From Lama guanicoe (lineage: Eukaryota): DNA of 64,000 bases. The stretch covers positions 806,001 to 870,000 of the forward strand of contig MU054466.1 of assembly GCA_013239625.1 (NCBI GenBank), in the 5' to 3' direction. Shown here one piece after another: positions 50,377-62,600 of the stretch. A model generated the notes under the pieces. That model was not told the origin of the DNA, did no database searches, and saw nothing but the letters and a program-made list of their open reading frames with translations. Both the position numbers and the translations under genes were made by a program. How positions within the stretch are numbered: position 1 is the stretch's first letter; every line of letters starts with the position of its first letter.

Positions 50377-53300
50377 CTGCGGAGAGAAGAGGAGAGCGTG
50401 TCAGAGAGGGATGCTGGGAGTACTGCCCTACGCCCTGTGGGCAGCAACCGCCTGGACCCAATGGCCAGCTTCTGAGCTTAGAGCCGGTGGGCAGCGGAGG
50501 CTGCGAGAGAGCCAGGAAGGGGAGCCATCGGCAAGGCCAGCTGGCCCTCAGTGCACACCCTCCACTCCCTCTACATGCACCCCACCTCGAACTGCCCACC
50601 CTCCCAGGGCAGGGTGGGTGGGCGTGGGGGGCAGCCCGCTGCACCCTCCCCACCTGCCCCAGGGGCTGGTCCTTCCCCCGAGACTGGGGCAGCCCCCGAG
50701 CTTCGTGCACCGCCCCACAAGGCCCAGCGTCCCCCCACCGTTTGCCCGAGAACAGCAGCTGAGCCGACTGCAAGGACGCAGCTGTCGACACACAGGTACA
50801 CGGACACAGTGCAGCAGACCACAGCAGGCAGCCCATGCAGCCCTGGCCTGGAAGGTGGCGGGAGCCTCGGCCTGCCCCACGCCCACACAACACAGACGAC
50901 ACACAGGCACACGGGCAGTGACGGGGCTGGCGGGGCGGCTGCCCGCAGGTCCCTGCAGAGGGCCCACTGCCTCCTTCGAGGGGAGCCACACCCGCCCCAG
51001 TGCCAAGGCTGCAGCTGACGGACAGATGGACGTGCCAGACAAGAGGTTTAGATGGACTGGATGAGCACAGGGTGGGGCCGGCACCCGGCCTGCTGCTCAG
51101 GGAAGTCCCTCCTCGGCTTCCCCGGTGGGCGCAGAGGACCTGCCCAAGGGGACCGCACAGGACAGCAGGCTGGGGGACATCGGGCAGTCCCAAGATGACA
51201 GCACAGATGGCACGTGGGACACGGAAGGCTCGGCACAGACGGGGCCGTGTTCCCGGCGCAGCAGTGGGCTCCGGAGCCATTACCTGCAGCCTCCGGCGTG
51301 GCTGGGCGTCCAGGGAACTGGGAGGGCGGGCGCTCCATCCAGGGGCCCCAGAAGAGAGCACGTGGAGTGGGCACCCCGAGTTTGCCTGAGAACTTAGTGT
51401 TTTCTGGAAAACTGAGGCACTTTGGGACTGTCTTTAAAAGGATAAACTAGCGAGAGAAGACTAACCCCAGCATGCAGCTTCTGTGTCTCCAAGACGATGC
51501 CTGAAGGTCCGGCAGCACGGACCACGTCGGCTCCCGCCCCCGGCTCAGGGCCCCTCCATCCTGGTGTGCAGGCCCTTCCAGCCTGGGGCTCCCTCCCTCA
51601 GGGCCTGGCTCCGGCCGTGCAGATGTGCTTCGGCTCCACTGACCGTGGACAGCTGCCTGCAGGCTCTGAAGCCGAGGATACACCGTGACCAGTGACGTCT
51701 GGCCCAGGACGGCGTGGAGGGCAGCCCTGCCCCAGCTGCCCTCTTGACTGGGCTCTGGTTCCAGAGGAGGGCTCCAGGCCCTTGGTTGTCCCCAGGCAGG
51801 GTCATGGTAGGAGGCCTTGGGGGACTAGAAATGGGGGCAGGCTTGTCCATCTAGAGTTGGGAACCAGCCGAGGAAGGGACCCAGGGAACGGAGGACGGTG
51901 CCTGTGTTAGCAGGAGCTGGGGGCAGAATGTGGCCGAGTGTCCTGACGTGCCCTCTTTCTCACCAGAAAGGTCTGGGGGCAAACCCACGTTGTCACTTGA
52001 GGTCCAATCTCCCTGAAGTGACTGGCCTCTGACCCACACTTATCTCCTCCCCCAAAACAGTGACCAAAGCAGCACATGCCATCCACACTGGGCTCTGAGG
52101 AAGCAGGCTGCGAATACCCCAGGATCTGGAGTAACTGCCACCAGAGACCCCTGGGTGGGACACTCCCACCCTCAGCACCACACAGAGGGCAAGCCCCCTT
52201 GGGTGCCCACCACCATCTGGAACATTCTGTCAAAGACCAGGCTCATGAGCTACCCTGAGGAGGGTGCCTGCCTTGGCCCCAGGCTGGGGGCCGGGGTCAA
52301 CTCTGGGATGACAGCACAGGACAAGACTTGGACCTGAGGCCACTGCAGACCCTCCCATCCTGCAGCTGTCACTGCCGGGCGATGGACGCTGGGGCCACGT
52401 CTTCCTCCCAAAACAGTCAGGGGGTGATCCACAGTGAACCACCAGACACAGGACGAGATCTTGTGCCCAAAGAAAGCCAAAGGAGGACGTCCGAGTGTGC
52501 GAGGCTGTCAGGAGGTCGGGGCTCCTGCCCTGGGGGTCACCGGGCACTCCGGCAGAGGAACACGGGGAGTGGGCTCTGTCCCCGGCTGTTGAGACACTCT
52601 GAGCAGCGATGCGGGGGTGACAGTCACTTTTGCACAGGATGCATTTGCTCCTGAGGTGGGGGCCGGCCTGGAGTCTCTGGCGTGGCAAAGGCAGGCACGA
52701 GCTGGACCCCTCGCCGGGAAGGGCTCTCCCCACGGCCCAATCCTCCGCAGACTCCCGCAGGTTCAGGTCCAGGCTCAGGCTCACTGGGGGTCTACCACTA
52801 GGGCGATCACCTAGGGTTCTCTTCTGGATCCACTACTTGAGTGAGAAACGGGGCGGTTCTGAGAGCAGCCAAGGCGCAGCTCAGGTCCTGCGGTGACTCC
52901 GAGCGGAGGAGTGACAAGTAGTTACACGTGGACTTCGACCTTGTCTCAGATGGTTTCCTCTCAAAACGTGTCTTCCACGGCTTCCGGACGTCGGCCCTTC
53001 TGAACGTAAGTCGTTCTTGTCTCCACCCCCGTCCCAGGGCTGCACGCTCAGCCACAGCCGAGCAGGGCGCCTCAACCAAGCGGAGTGACTTCCGATGTGC
53101 CTGTCCCCGGTACAGGCATCAGGGCAGGCAGCCCCACGTGCTGAGCGCAGCCCCACCCACCGTGCCCTCCGGGGCTCTGCCCTGCACCCAGGAGTGGGGC
53201 TCTAGGCAGATACTGGACCAGCCTTCCTGAGCCTTCCCCCTTCCAGTACCCCCAGGGGGTGACAGCCGGGCCCCTGCAGCAAGGAGGGACGGGGGGGCGG

Positions 53301-54319
53301 GAGATGCAGGCCCCTCGGAGCATCTCAGAAGAGGGACAGGGGCAAGGGAGGAGGCTGGCCTAGGACACCCACTACTGGGCTAGGGTCCAAGTCATTTCCA
53401 CTCTGTCCCCCAGGTTCAGGAAAACTTATCTCCAGAATTCTCCAGCACTCATACCGCAGCTCAAGAAAAAGGCCGCAGCAGGAGGGCGAGGGTCCAGTAT
53501 CTGCTGAAGGGGCCCGGCCGCCTGCAGAGAGGACGGCACCGCGCGGCGCCCCCGGGAGGGGGAGGGACCACCGCCTCCGTGAAGGGCCGCCTGCCAGACT
53601 TCTCCGTGTTCAGGGCTGGGGCAGGGCGGAGGGGCGGCAGTGCCACCTGACCCAGAGCCAGGGGCCCCCACTCCCGCCAGCCATCGGCGCTTGCTTCCCA
53701 GGGAGGGCGGGGAAGGGCCCCTCAGCAGGTGGGGGCTGAGACTAGCCTGGAGAGTCTAACGCAGCCCTTTGGAGCCACGCTGGGGTGGAGGCAAAACGGG
53801 CCGGACAGAGCTGCCGCATCCACCCGTCCCCTGCAGGGCAGCTGTGGGCGCCTGCTCAGACCTGCCTGTGGCTCTCACCTGGGCACAAGCCATGGCGCTG
53901 TCCCCAGCCGCTCCCTTGTCTCCCCGGCCCCCAAGGAGCTCTGATACTCACCAACCTGGGAGCCGGCCAGGCCAGGCTCAGACCCACACCCGAGGAGCCC
54001 GGTCTGAGGGGCACTAGGCCAAAGGAGCCCAAAGCCGGCTTTGCAGCTGATCACCAGGCTTCACCCTGATTGTGGCCGAAGCACCCCGCGGAGGCAGGAG
54101 GGAACCCAGACGGGGCCAGGCCAGGTCTGCACGCTTCCAGAAGGAGGGAAGCCCAAGGAGAGACCCAAGGCAAGCGCAGGCTGGGGGCCAGAGCAGAGGC
54201 GGGCTCAGCAGCCCCGCAGGCCCCACCCCGGCCGAGGTCAGGGGCCTCTGGAGCTGCTGGGAACACAGACCGACCGGCACAAGAAGCCACGACAACTTAC
54301 TAACTCTAGTAGGGGCGGC

Positions 54320-54347
54320 TCAAAATCTGGCCACTTCCACATCGGCA
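54320..54347 (-). CDS. BAIAP2: BAIAP2 T-form cassette exon (whole exon 54347-54301)
   Basis: ccttgcag|T GCC GAT...: (S)ADVEVARF*; donor TTA|GTAAGT at 54300. Confidence 0.9.
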
Positions 54348-54705
54348 CTGCAAGGAAACACAAGGCTTGGTTGGTGTGAGCGGAGTGGGTGGGAGTGAGG
54401 TCTGAGGACTCGCAGGGCCAGGCCGGACGGAGGGTGGGGGCAGGAGACACCGGCTGCAGGGCGGAGCTGGCTCTCCAGCCCTCTGGAGGGCGTCTGCAGG
54501 GAGGTGGTAGCAAGGAGCAGGGCTGCTCAGGCAGGGCGTCCCCAGACCAGCCCTTGTGGCTCCCACCCAGGGCAGGCGTCCCCAGGCGGCCCCCAGGGAG
54601 AGCCGCATGGGCTGGCACTGGCTGCACCTCGGTTATTCTGTGGCCGGTACACGCGTCGGGGCTGAAAAGAGGCACCACACTCAACTCGATGCAATAAATA
54701 AAACT

Positions 54706-54711
54706 TTTATT
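54706..54711 (-). terminator. BAIAP2 S-form poly(A) signal
   Basis: AATAAA on minus at the end of an AT-rich 3' UTR, followed by a U-rich tract. Confidence 0.75.
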
Positions 54712-56035
54712 CAAACAACTGCAGTACAGGGCACAATTCAGATTAAAAAAAAAAAGAGGAAAGGAAACTATTTTCAGCGCTTTACGTCGTCACACAGCTG
54801 TGGTTTTGTGTCTACGTCCTTCCACTGCGCGTAGAGTCCCTGGGTTTGAGGTCTCAGCAGAACTGGAACGCCGACGCAGAAGGCTCTTTTTGCACAGGTC
54901 CGAGCTCTGGCTTGTTCTTCCCTTGGTTATAAAACGGGCTCTGCCTGGAGCTGCTCTCCTCACAAATGCTACCAGCCGCGTTCGAGCCCACGGGAGGGGC
55001 GGGAGGCTTTTGCGAAGTCATGCCAGAAAGAGCATCTGAAGCTTCGCGGGGCCGCGCCCTCGCTCCCTTCCCAGGGTCAGGGTGTGGAGACGCAAGGCCG
55101 TGGGCTGCTCCGAAGCCGCCGAGACACGGGGGACACGAGCGCGCCGATGGAGGGGGCAGGGACCACCTGCGCCACTGGGCCAGCCTCGCGCCCCTGCCCC
55201 GTGCAGCTGAGACTCCATCACAGGCTGGTTAAAGAAACATTTCCAGAACTTGTAGGCTTGGGGCTGGTCTCTGGAGGTCCTTGGGATGTCCGAGTGCGGC
55301 CAGCCCCCTCCCTGCCAGTGCACCGTGTGGTCACTGTGCCCCAAGGCTGGCGCCGCTCTCTGTCTGTACACTGTCAGACGGCGTCGGGGCAGCACGCCCT
55401 CCGGAGCCCGGCCTGGGCGGCCGGCAGGGCCAGGCCGGGGCTGCGGCCTCCCTCACAGGAGCGGCCAGCTTCCTCAGGAGGCCTCCCGGGCTCAGCCGAG
55501 CCCCTCTCTGGGCGTGGCCCTAAAAGGGTGCCCCCCGCACTCCGCCCTTCCCAAAGGTGCCAGCGTGTGCTGGGGGGTCAGATGCAGAGATAACAGTACG
55601 TACACCGGAGTCCATGCAGATCTGTTTTTTTTTCAGGAAAAAAGTTCTCTTCCTGTTTTTTTTTTTTATGATTTTTTTTTTCAAACTTTAGACCTGGCTC
55701 TTGCTGAGCCTTTGAAAAGGGACAGCGCGTCATGAACACGGCAGGCGGGGAGCAGCGGCGAGGACGCCCCACCCGCACCACCCGGCGGCAGGTCCCACCT
55801 GGTGGGACACACGGGAGGGGCGTGTAAACACGGGGTGCAGAGGTGGGGCAGCACCATGGACCCTGGGGGATCACAGAGTCTGGGGGCACCAACCAAAAGG
55901 CAGGGAGCGGGGCCGGTGGGAGAGAAACACCACCCAGGAGAAACCAGCGGCGCCAAGGTGTAAACCGGTGAGGCCAGGCAGACGGGGCGCGGGGGCGGGA
56001 GCGCTTCTGGGCAGCAGCTGCCGGCGTCAGCGTCC

Positions 56036-56066
56036 TCACACTGTGGACACCAGTGTGCCGCTGCCG
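56036..56066 (-). CDS. BAIAP2: BAIAP2 S-form terminal exon (PDZ-binding VSTV)
   Basis: ttccgcag|C GGC...: (S)GSGTLVSTV*. Confidence 0.92.
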
Positions 56067-56752
56067 CTGCGGAACAAAGCACAGGACGGCTGCTGGGTGC
56101 GCGCCGCCCCGCCGCGGCCCTCGGCTGCTCAGGGTCGGCTGGCCACCGGCCCTGGGGGCAGGGGCAAGAGACCCCCGGAGCCAGGACAAGGGCCGGGCCC
56201 AGGTCGGGGCCCCAGGAGGCAGTGGCACCGAGCTGCCGGTGTGGGCTGGTTTTCGGGGGATGAGCTGGGGGGGAGGCGAGCCCCCTCCTGGCTGATAGTG
56301 GACAAGGCGGGTCGATGCCGGGAAGGACGAGCAGGGCCACGGGGTGAAGGGGCTCCTGCTGGGCTGCACTGGGAAAGAGCTGGAGCCCCGTGGTGGGGGC
56401 AGGGGGCCCCTGCTCCGGCTCAGGCACAGGGCCAGGTGGGCTCCAACCCACCCCCGGGGGAGCACAGAGGCAGCTCTGGGAGAGGCCGTTTCCCACTCGG
56501 CGATCTCCGGACTGCGGCCACAGGACAGGGCACCCTGCCCTGAAGATCCCACCCCACAGATAGTGGGCGGCACAGCAGGGTGAGGGGCAGGGAGCAGGCA
56601 CCCCAGGCCTGCTCACTCTGCCTTGGAGACACCGCGGTCTCCAGACAGGCCCCTGCCGCGCAGACCAGAGGGGGCAGTGCTCCACGGCGGCCCCCAGTGG
56701 AGCAGCTCCCCACCGCCCACAGCCTCCACGGACGCATCTGAAACCCCCTTAC

Positions 56753-56787
56753 CTGCTCACAGCCCGGGCCCCGTAGTCATCCAGGCC
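56753..56787 (-). CDS. BAIAP2: BAIAP2 last common exon
   Basis: GLDDYGARAVS + AG; phase-2 donor GTAAGG. Confidence 0.93.
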
Positions 56788-58565
56788 CTGTGGGGGGTGG
56801 TGAAGCAGAAACAGGTCAGCTTGGGGTCCAGGGGGTGAGGCAGGGCCCGCAGGACAAGGGCTGGGTGGGCCAGGTGCCCCTCCTGACCACAGGGAGTGTA
56901 GTGTTGTCTGCAGCCAAGGGCATGAGGACCACGACAGTGACCTCCCAAGTTCACAGGGGGTCTCCTTGCCTGGCCTGTGTTCAGCTGTGGGCAGTGTGAG
57001 CTCACACTCATGGGCTCGCTCAGGACAGACCACCTGACAACCCCTCTCCACACACGACCCCCACGGACTGCACACCCTGCCAGTCACATGGCAGGAGCAC
57101 CTGGGCAGGTGAGGGCTGCCTGGGGAACCCAGTGACACTGGGGGGATGGGCAAGTAATGGGGGGCTGGGCAGGGAAGCCAAGCTGACAGGCTGGTGTGGG
57201 AGGGCAGCTGCGATGGACGGTCACCTGCAGGCCCCCCAGGCCAGCCTGTGCCGGCCCCTGAGCCTTCAGCGCAGCTGCAGCTTCCTAGCCCCTGGGGAAG
57301 GAGGGTGCGGGGCCGTCAGCGGTGTTGGGAGCACCCTCCGTGGCCCTCTCTGCAACAAAACCAAATCCAGAGACCAGGAAGCGAGTAGTACGCAGTGGTC
57401 AGACCCCTCCAGGCCTGGCCAGCTGTGCACAAGGCCCCAGAGGCGCCCACGTGTCGCTGCTCAGCAGCCTGTCCCTGACCCCAAGGCACTACACCTCCCC
57501 CGAGGCTGGCCAGCCTCTCCCGGCCGCTAGCGCCGACCACCAGCTCCAGCCTCACCTTCTCTGGAAGGCTCCGAGCGCCCAGTCCCACCACCCTAGTCTT
57601 GCCCACTTAGTTGTCTCAAACCACGTGTTCGCTCTTAAACTGCAAACTCCCGAAGACAGCCCTGGCCAACCCAGGACCTCACACAGCTTGTGCCAGGAAG
57701 CCCCTCTGCGAGGGGGCCGGCGGGGTGGCCGCTCAGGACAACCACCATGCGGGGTCCCCCACCCTGCACGCAGAGCCTTCTCTGCCTCGTCCACCTCTGG
57801 CACCACGTCACGCCGTCAGCGTGGGGGACCTCAGCTGTCAGGTCACCTCCCTGGTGGTCAACCGCGACTGCCCCAAATTCTAGAGAAACGTTTTCTCCTC
57901 CTCCCTGCTGCCTGGGGGGCTCTCGACCCCAACCTGAGGCCCAGCCCTGGAGGCTGGCCCCTGCCTCCCACGCAGCCACAGCAGATGAGCGTCCTGGAGG
58001 TCTCAGCCCCTCCAACTCCGAGCTTCCTGGGCAGAGCCGTGCGGCACTGTCCACACTCACAGCCCAGCCCCACGGTGGCCTCAAGACTGACACACACGCC
58101 GGGGGACCCACACCCAAGGACACAGGCCTCGATCTTTTGACTCTGGCTCCCTGGTACCAGTGGCCTGACCGTGTGTGTCAGGCCCTGCCTCCCGAGGGGC
58201 CCAGAACCACACTAACTAGGAGGTTCCAGTTCCACATCAGGCCCCGAGTGGCAGGCACCTGTGTCTGCACTCGGACCCATGACTGCAGGAGCTCCATGGC
58301 TCTCAGGGAAGGGCCCCCTGGACATCATGCCCTCCTAAGACAGCGTCCAGATGCCCCAACTGAGGGGAAGGGCAGGCAGAGGGACCTGGGCCTTTTCTTG
58401 AGCCCAGAGACTGCAAACGACACCTTGCTGTGACCCCTAAAATGGCCCAGCAGGGGTGCAGATGCCAGGCCCAAACCCCAAGCACCCAGGCTACCAGGGG
58501 AGGAGCCAACGCGGGGCTGTGGCCGAGCCCAGCCACCCACAGCCTGCTCGGGCCCCCACGCTCAC

Positions 58566-58728
58566 CTGGGCAAAGGCGGGCACAGCCACGCTGTACGGCC
58601 TCTGCTTGAAGGCGCCGGCCGTCTGGGCAGGGAAGGCACGGGAGGACGTGCCGTAGTCGGGGGGCGGGATGGCCAGGTCCTCCTTGTCCAGGAGGTTCCC
58701 GGTGCTGCTGCTCTTCCCCTGCTGCAGG
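58566..58728 (-). CDS. BAIAP2: BAIAP2 exon (WW-binding PPPDY)
   Basis: SLQQGKSSSTGNLLDKEDLAIPPPDYGTSSRAFPAQTAGAFKQRPYSVAVPAFAQ. Confidence 0.95.
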
Positions 58729-59163
58729 CTGCGGGGACGGGGCACCGGGGGTCAGTCCAGTCCCAGCCCAGCCGCCCTCAGCCTCACTGGGCCCCTCAGA
58801 GAGGGCAGGACAGGAGGCTGCTCTCAGTGACCTGGGGTGCAGCCCTGACTGGACCCCCTCCTCGAAATGGCAGCCACTCAACCCCTCGGTGGTCCTGGTA
58901 GTCACTCTTGCCCTGAGGGCCAGAAGGACCTGGGGGCTCATGGGGGAGTGGCTGGGCCCTCACCGTGCACGCTGCCCACAGGGGAGGGCTGCGAGGGTGT
59001 GCCCCAGGCCTAGCGTGGGGCAAGGACAGCCTCCCCACAATGGGCCACTGAACAGGAGCCATCCCACAGTCATGATGAGCACTCCCAACACAGCACACCC
59101 ACACCCCTGCATCTAAAGCCTCAGGCGAGCAGCGCTCAGGGCACCTGCCCCCAGCACGCTCAC

Positions 59164-59232
59164 CTCATGTGCAACCTGTCGCCACCGTCGCTGTCCAGAA
59201 CCCGGGTGTAGGAGAAGGGGAACCAGCCCCGC
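59164..59232 (-). CDS. BAIAP2: BAIAP2 exon (end of SH3)
   Basis: RGWFPFSYTRVLDSDGGDRLHM. Confidence 0.95.
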
Positions 59233-60184
59233 CTGGAAGAGGAGACCCTGGTCAGAGTGCACCAGCCCCTTTGCCCTAGTCTGCTACCTGACCCCAAGTC
59301 CCACGGATCCCCTGGCCTGGCCGCTCCCATCTGTGGAGGAGACATGTGTAAATGCTCCAGGGAGACCAAGAGACCCCAGCTCCCACCGGGGGTGTTCATC
59401 CAGCTCTAAGCTCTGTGCCCTGGACAGGAGCGAGACTAGGTGTGGGGAAGATGCCAGGACCCCAGGCAGGGTGCCTGCTTCTTTTAACACATAGGGCTGG
59501 TCTCCTGCCAGGTGGCCCAGCTGGGCGGGGCCTCAGCCCCAGGAGGGCACACAGAGCCACACCACCACCACAAGACACCGTTCAGAGAGAGGCAGGTGTG
59601 GTGTCTGGGAAAGGGGGTGTCCCCCAGTGCCCCTGCCCCTCAGAACCCCCCTTAGGGTGGCGGCTGCCAGGAGGTCAGAGCGAAGCCCCGTCCAGCATCT
59701 CCCTCCCAGGCTACGTAGGGAGGCACGCACCCGGGCAGATCCTGCCCCCAGCAGATCCTGCCCGCAGCAGGGGTCTCTCACCCCAACAACAGGCGTGGGC
59801 AATGGTTGGGGGGAGGGGCAGCTCCTGATGGGGCAGCCCCTGAGCGGAGCGAGAGCCAGACAGTGGCACAGCCTCTAGACAACGAGTATGACGTGAAGCC
59901 ATGAAAGCGCGGCCCCCTTTGACCCATGTCCCTTCTAGAACCCAACTCCAAAGCTGGTCACACGTGCACAGGGCATGTGGGGAAGGCTGGCATCTGCCGA
60001 CTGGAGGCCTCACGCGGCAGCAGGGGAGGCGGGAGACGAGGTCACACGCGGGACGCCTGGCAAGTCAGGGGACGGCGGGGGCCCGCGGCTGCGTCTGCTC
60101 GGGCTGGATGAGCAGCCTGCGGGAGGCGTGGGGCCTGGATGCCCAGGGACCAGCAGGGCTGCTCCCCCCACCCCGGGGACTCAC

Positions 60185-60386
60185 ATCTTTGTCTTCTCGC
60201 TCTCGCCGTAGTGCCAGCCATCTCGGGCCTCGGGCACCAGCAGGGTGATGAGGTCGCCCTCTTTGAAGCTCAGCAGTGTGCTGTTGTCACCGGCCGCGTG
60301 GGAGAAGATGGCCTTCACCCGCATGCGGCCATTGCGCTCCAGGCCGGCTGCCATAGAGCTGGAGCGGGGCAGGGTCTTGTTCTCCG
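60185..60386 (-). CDS. BAIAP2: BAIAP2 exon (SH3 domain)
   Basis: TENKTLPRSSSMAAGLERNGRMRVKAIFSHAAGDNSTLLSFKEGDLITLLVPEARDGWHYGESEKTKM. Confidence 0.95.
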
Positions 60387-60965
60387 CTGCCGGGACAACA
60401 AGGCAGGTGTGAGGGGCCTCGCCCCAAGCGGGGAGACGACGCGGTCGGCCTGCGTCAGCTCAGCTGCGCAGCGGTGGGGCAGCAGGAGGCCCCTGGACAC
60501 TCACCAGACCTCCGGGGCCCTTTGGACTCAGACCGCTGGGACGTGTGTGGACCCAGCCCCAGACCTGCCACCTGCTAGCGGGAGTACTTCCCAGGGCCCA
60601 AGCCCCACCTTTCTCATCTGCGGATCCGGAGCCCCTTACGGCCAAGGCCCCTGCGTGGCTGCAGGAGGGAGTGGGAGCCGGGCTGGAGGCAGGCAGGGAG
60701 CGGTCCCCTGTCCCTTGGTCCGGAAAGCCCTCCCCAGCATCACCCCTGCTCCTGTCATGGGCTGCGCTGCAGGGTCCCGGCCCCGCCCTGCCACGCTCAC
60801 TTAACGAGGAGGCCCGCCCAAATCCAGGGTCCAGGGCAGAGACTTCACCGAGGCCCCAGGTCGCGTACCCCTAAGCCCCCGAGCCCCCCACCCCAGCCCT
60901 CGGCCTGCTTTCAGGGCGGCGTCCCTTCTGCGGGCGGGGGGCAGGACGGGGCCGGGAGCTCTTAC

Positions 60966-61167
60966 TGGCGGCATAGCTGCTCTTGGGCGCCACGCTCTTG
61001 CGCACGGGCAGCGTGTTGGAGTAGGAGTCGCTCAGCTTGCCCTGCGACTGCAGAGGGGGCGTGCTCTTGGGCTGAGCCGCCTTGCGGTCAGCCCAAGGGT
61101 TGTAGTCCTCGCTGTCCGGGCCCGAGACGCCGTTCATGACAGGCGCGTTGTCCTGGGCTGACAGCCG
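60966..61167 (-). CDS. BAIAP2: BAIAP2 exon
   Basis: RLSAQDNAPVMNGVSGPDSEDYNPWADRKAAQPKSTPPLQSQGKLSDSYSNTLPVRKSVAPKSSYAA. Confidence 0.95.
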
Positions 61168-61280
61168 CTGTTGAGAAGAGGCAGCAGAGGCGCGGTGTGG
61201 CAGGAGAGCCTGGCCTGGCGAGGCCACGTGGAGAGCCCCAACCCGCCACGCCTGGAAAGCTTTCCAGAGCAACGACTTAC

Positions 61281-61505
61281 CCCCACAAACGGGGCCAGCT
61301 CGGGGGGCACTGGCAGGGGCTTGGCCCCCGGAATAGGGTCCGAGATGACCAGGTTGGACTTGGAGGCCGACAGGGCGCTGGGCAGGATGGAGCCGTTGCT
61401 GCTGGCCACCTGTTGCATCAGCTGCACGGCGCGGTCCGGGATCTTGTTGGGATCCGCGCAGGCCTGCTGCCACAGGGGCAGCTTCTGCGCCAGCAGCTCC
61501 TTGCC
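61281..61505 (-). CDS. BAIAP2: BAIAP2 exon (end of IMD, CRIB-PR)
   Basis: GKELLAQKLPLWQQACADPNKIPDRAVQLMQQVASSNGSILPSALSASKSNLVISDPIPGAKPLPVPPELAPFVG. Confidence 0.95.
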
Positions 61506-62434
61506 CTGAAGTGGAGATAAACACGGTGGGTGGGAGCGAGGGCCGGCCGTTGCTCCTGCAGCCGGGCAGGGCTGGGAGGGCCTACGCACAGGGCCTGCAG
61601 CCGACCTCAGTCACGGATACGCCCTCCCCCTCGGCAGCACCGGAGGCTTCTAAAGAGACACGCCTACCCGGGAGGGGGCGTTGCCCGGGCTGCTCTTCAC
61701 CAAGCGGGGCACCCCACAGCCGGCTCAGCCACCTGTGGGGCCTGGAGCCCCAACCCTGGAAAGGGGATGCAGGGCAGTGAGCCGTGCAGTCAAGGGTTCC
61801 CCAGGAATGCGATCAAACCAAGGCCTGCCCTGGGCGGGGGCCTCCTCAAGAGCCCAAGGATGTTGACATGCACAGGTGACCACGTGGTCAGCCATGGGGC
61901 AGGCAGCCTTTGTGGACAAACCGCGAGATGCTGGGAAGAACACCATCCTCGCAGGTCTGAGGGTCAGGCCCCGACTCGGGCCCGAGAGCCCACCAGGGCC
62001 TGCCCAGGACACAGGCGGCCAGATAAGCACAAGGGCTGACAGAAGACAAGGAAACCACGGCCTCGAGAGGGGCCGGGGGTAGGGTACAGCCAGAAGTGAG
62101 ACACCAGCCAGAGATCCCCTGCAGCCCTTTCGAGCATGGGGAGATCCAGGCCTGCTGGCCCAACTGGGCTACCATACCTGCAGCAGGTGATACAACCCAT
62201 GTCCCACTGCAGACCCCAGGCCCGCTGGACGGAGCTACCCCCAGCCTGGAACAATCACGGTCTCCAAGACCTTGGAAAAGGCTGTCCAGCCCTCACTGCT
62301 TCTCTCCCTTTGCTTCCTACTTCTTCTGACCTGTGTCTGGGGCAGGAAGGGGCACCCACATGGGAAGACTGGACGATGCTGGACAAACAGCCCTGAGCAG
62401 ACCATGGCCCTTTCCACCACCTGCTTGTTTAGAC

Positions 62435-62600
62435 CAGGGGCCAGCAAACTACGGCCTGAGGGCTGGCTGCCCACCCGTAAATAAGGTTTGAGGACCACGG
62501 CCACACCTACGTGGTTTACACATCTGTGGCAGCTTCCGTGTGCAGTGGCCAAAACAGAAAACATTTACCATCTGGTCTCTGGTGGAGGTAAACGGCTGAG
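62435..62600 (+). mobile_element. MER58-like hAT-Charlie DNA transposon remnant
   Basis: caggggccagcaaactacggcc...gtaaataaggttt...acggccacacc...aaaacatttaccatctggtc. Confidence 0.7.
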
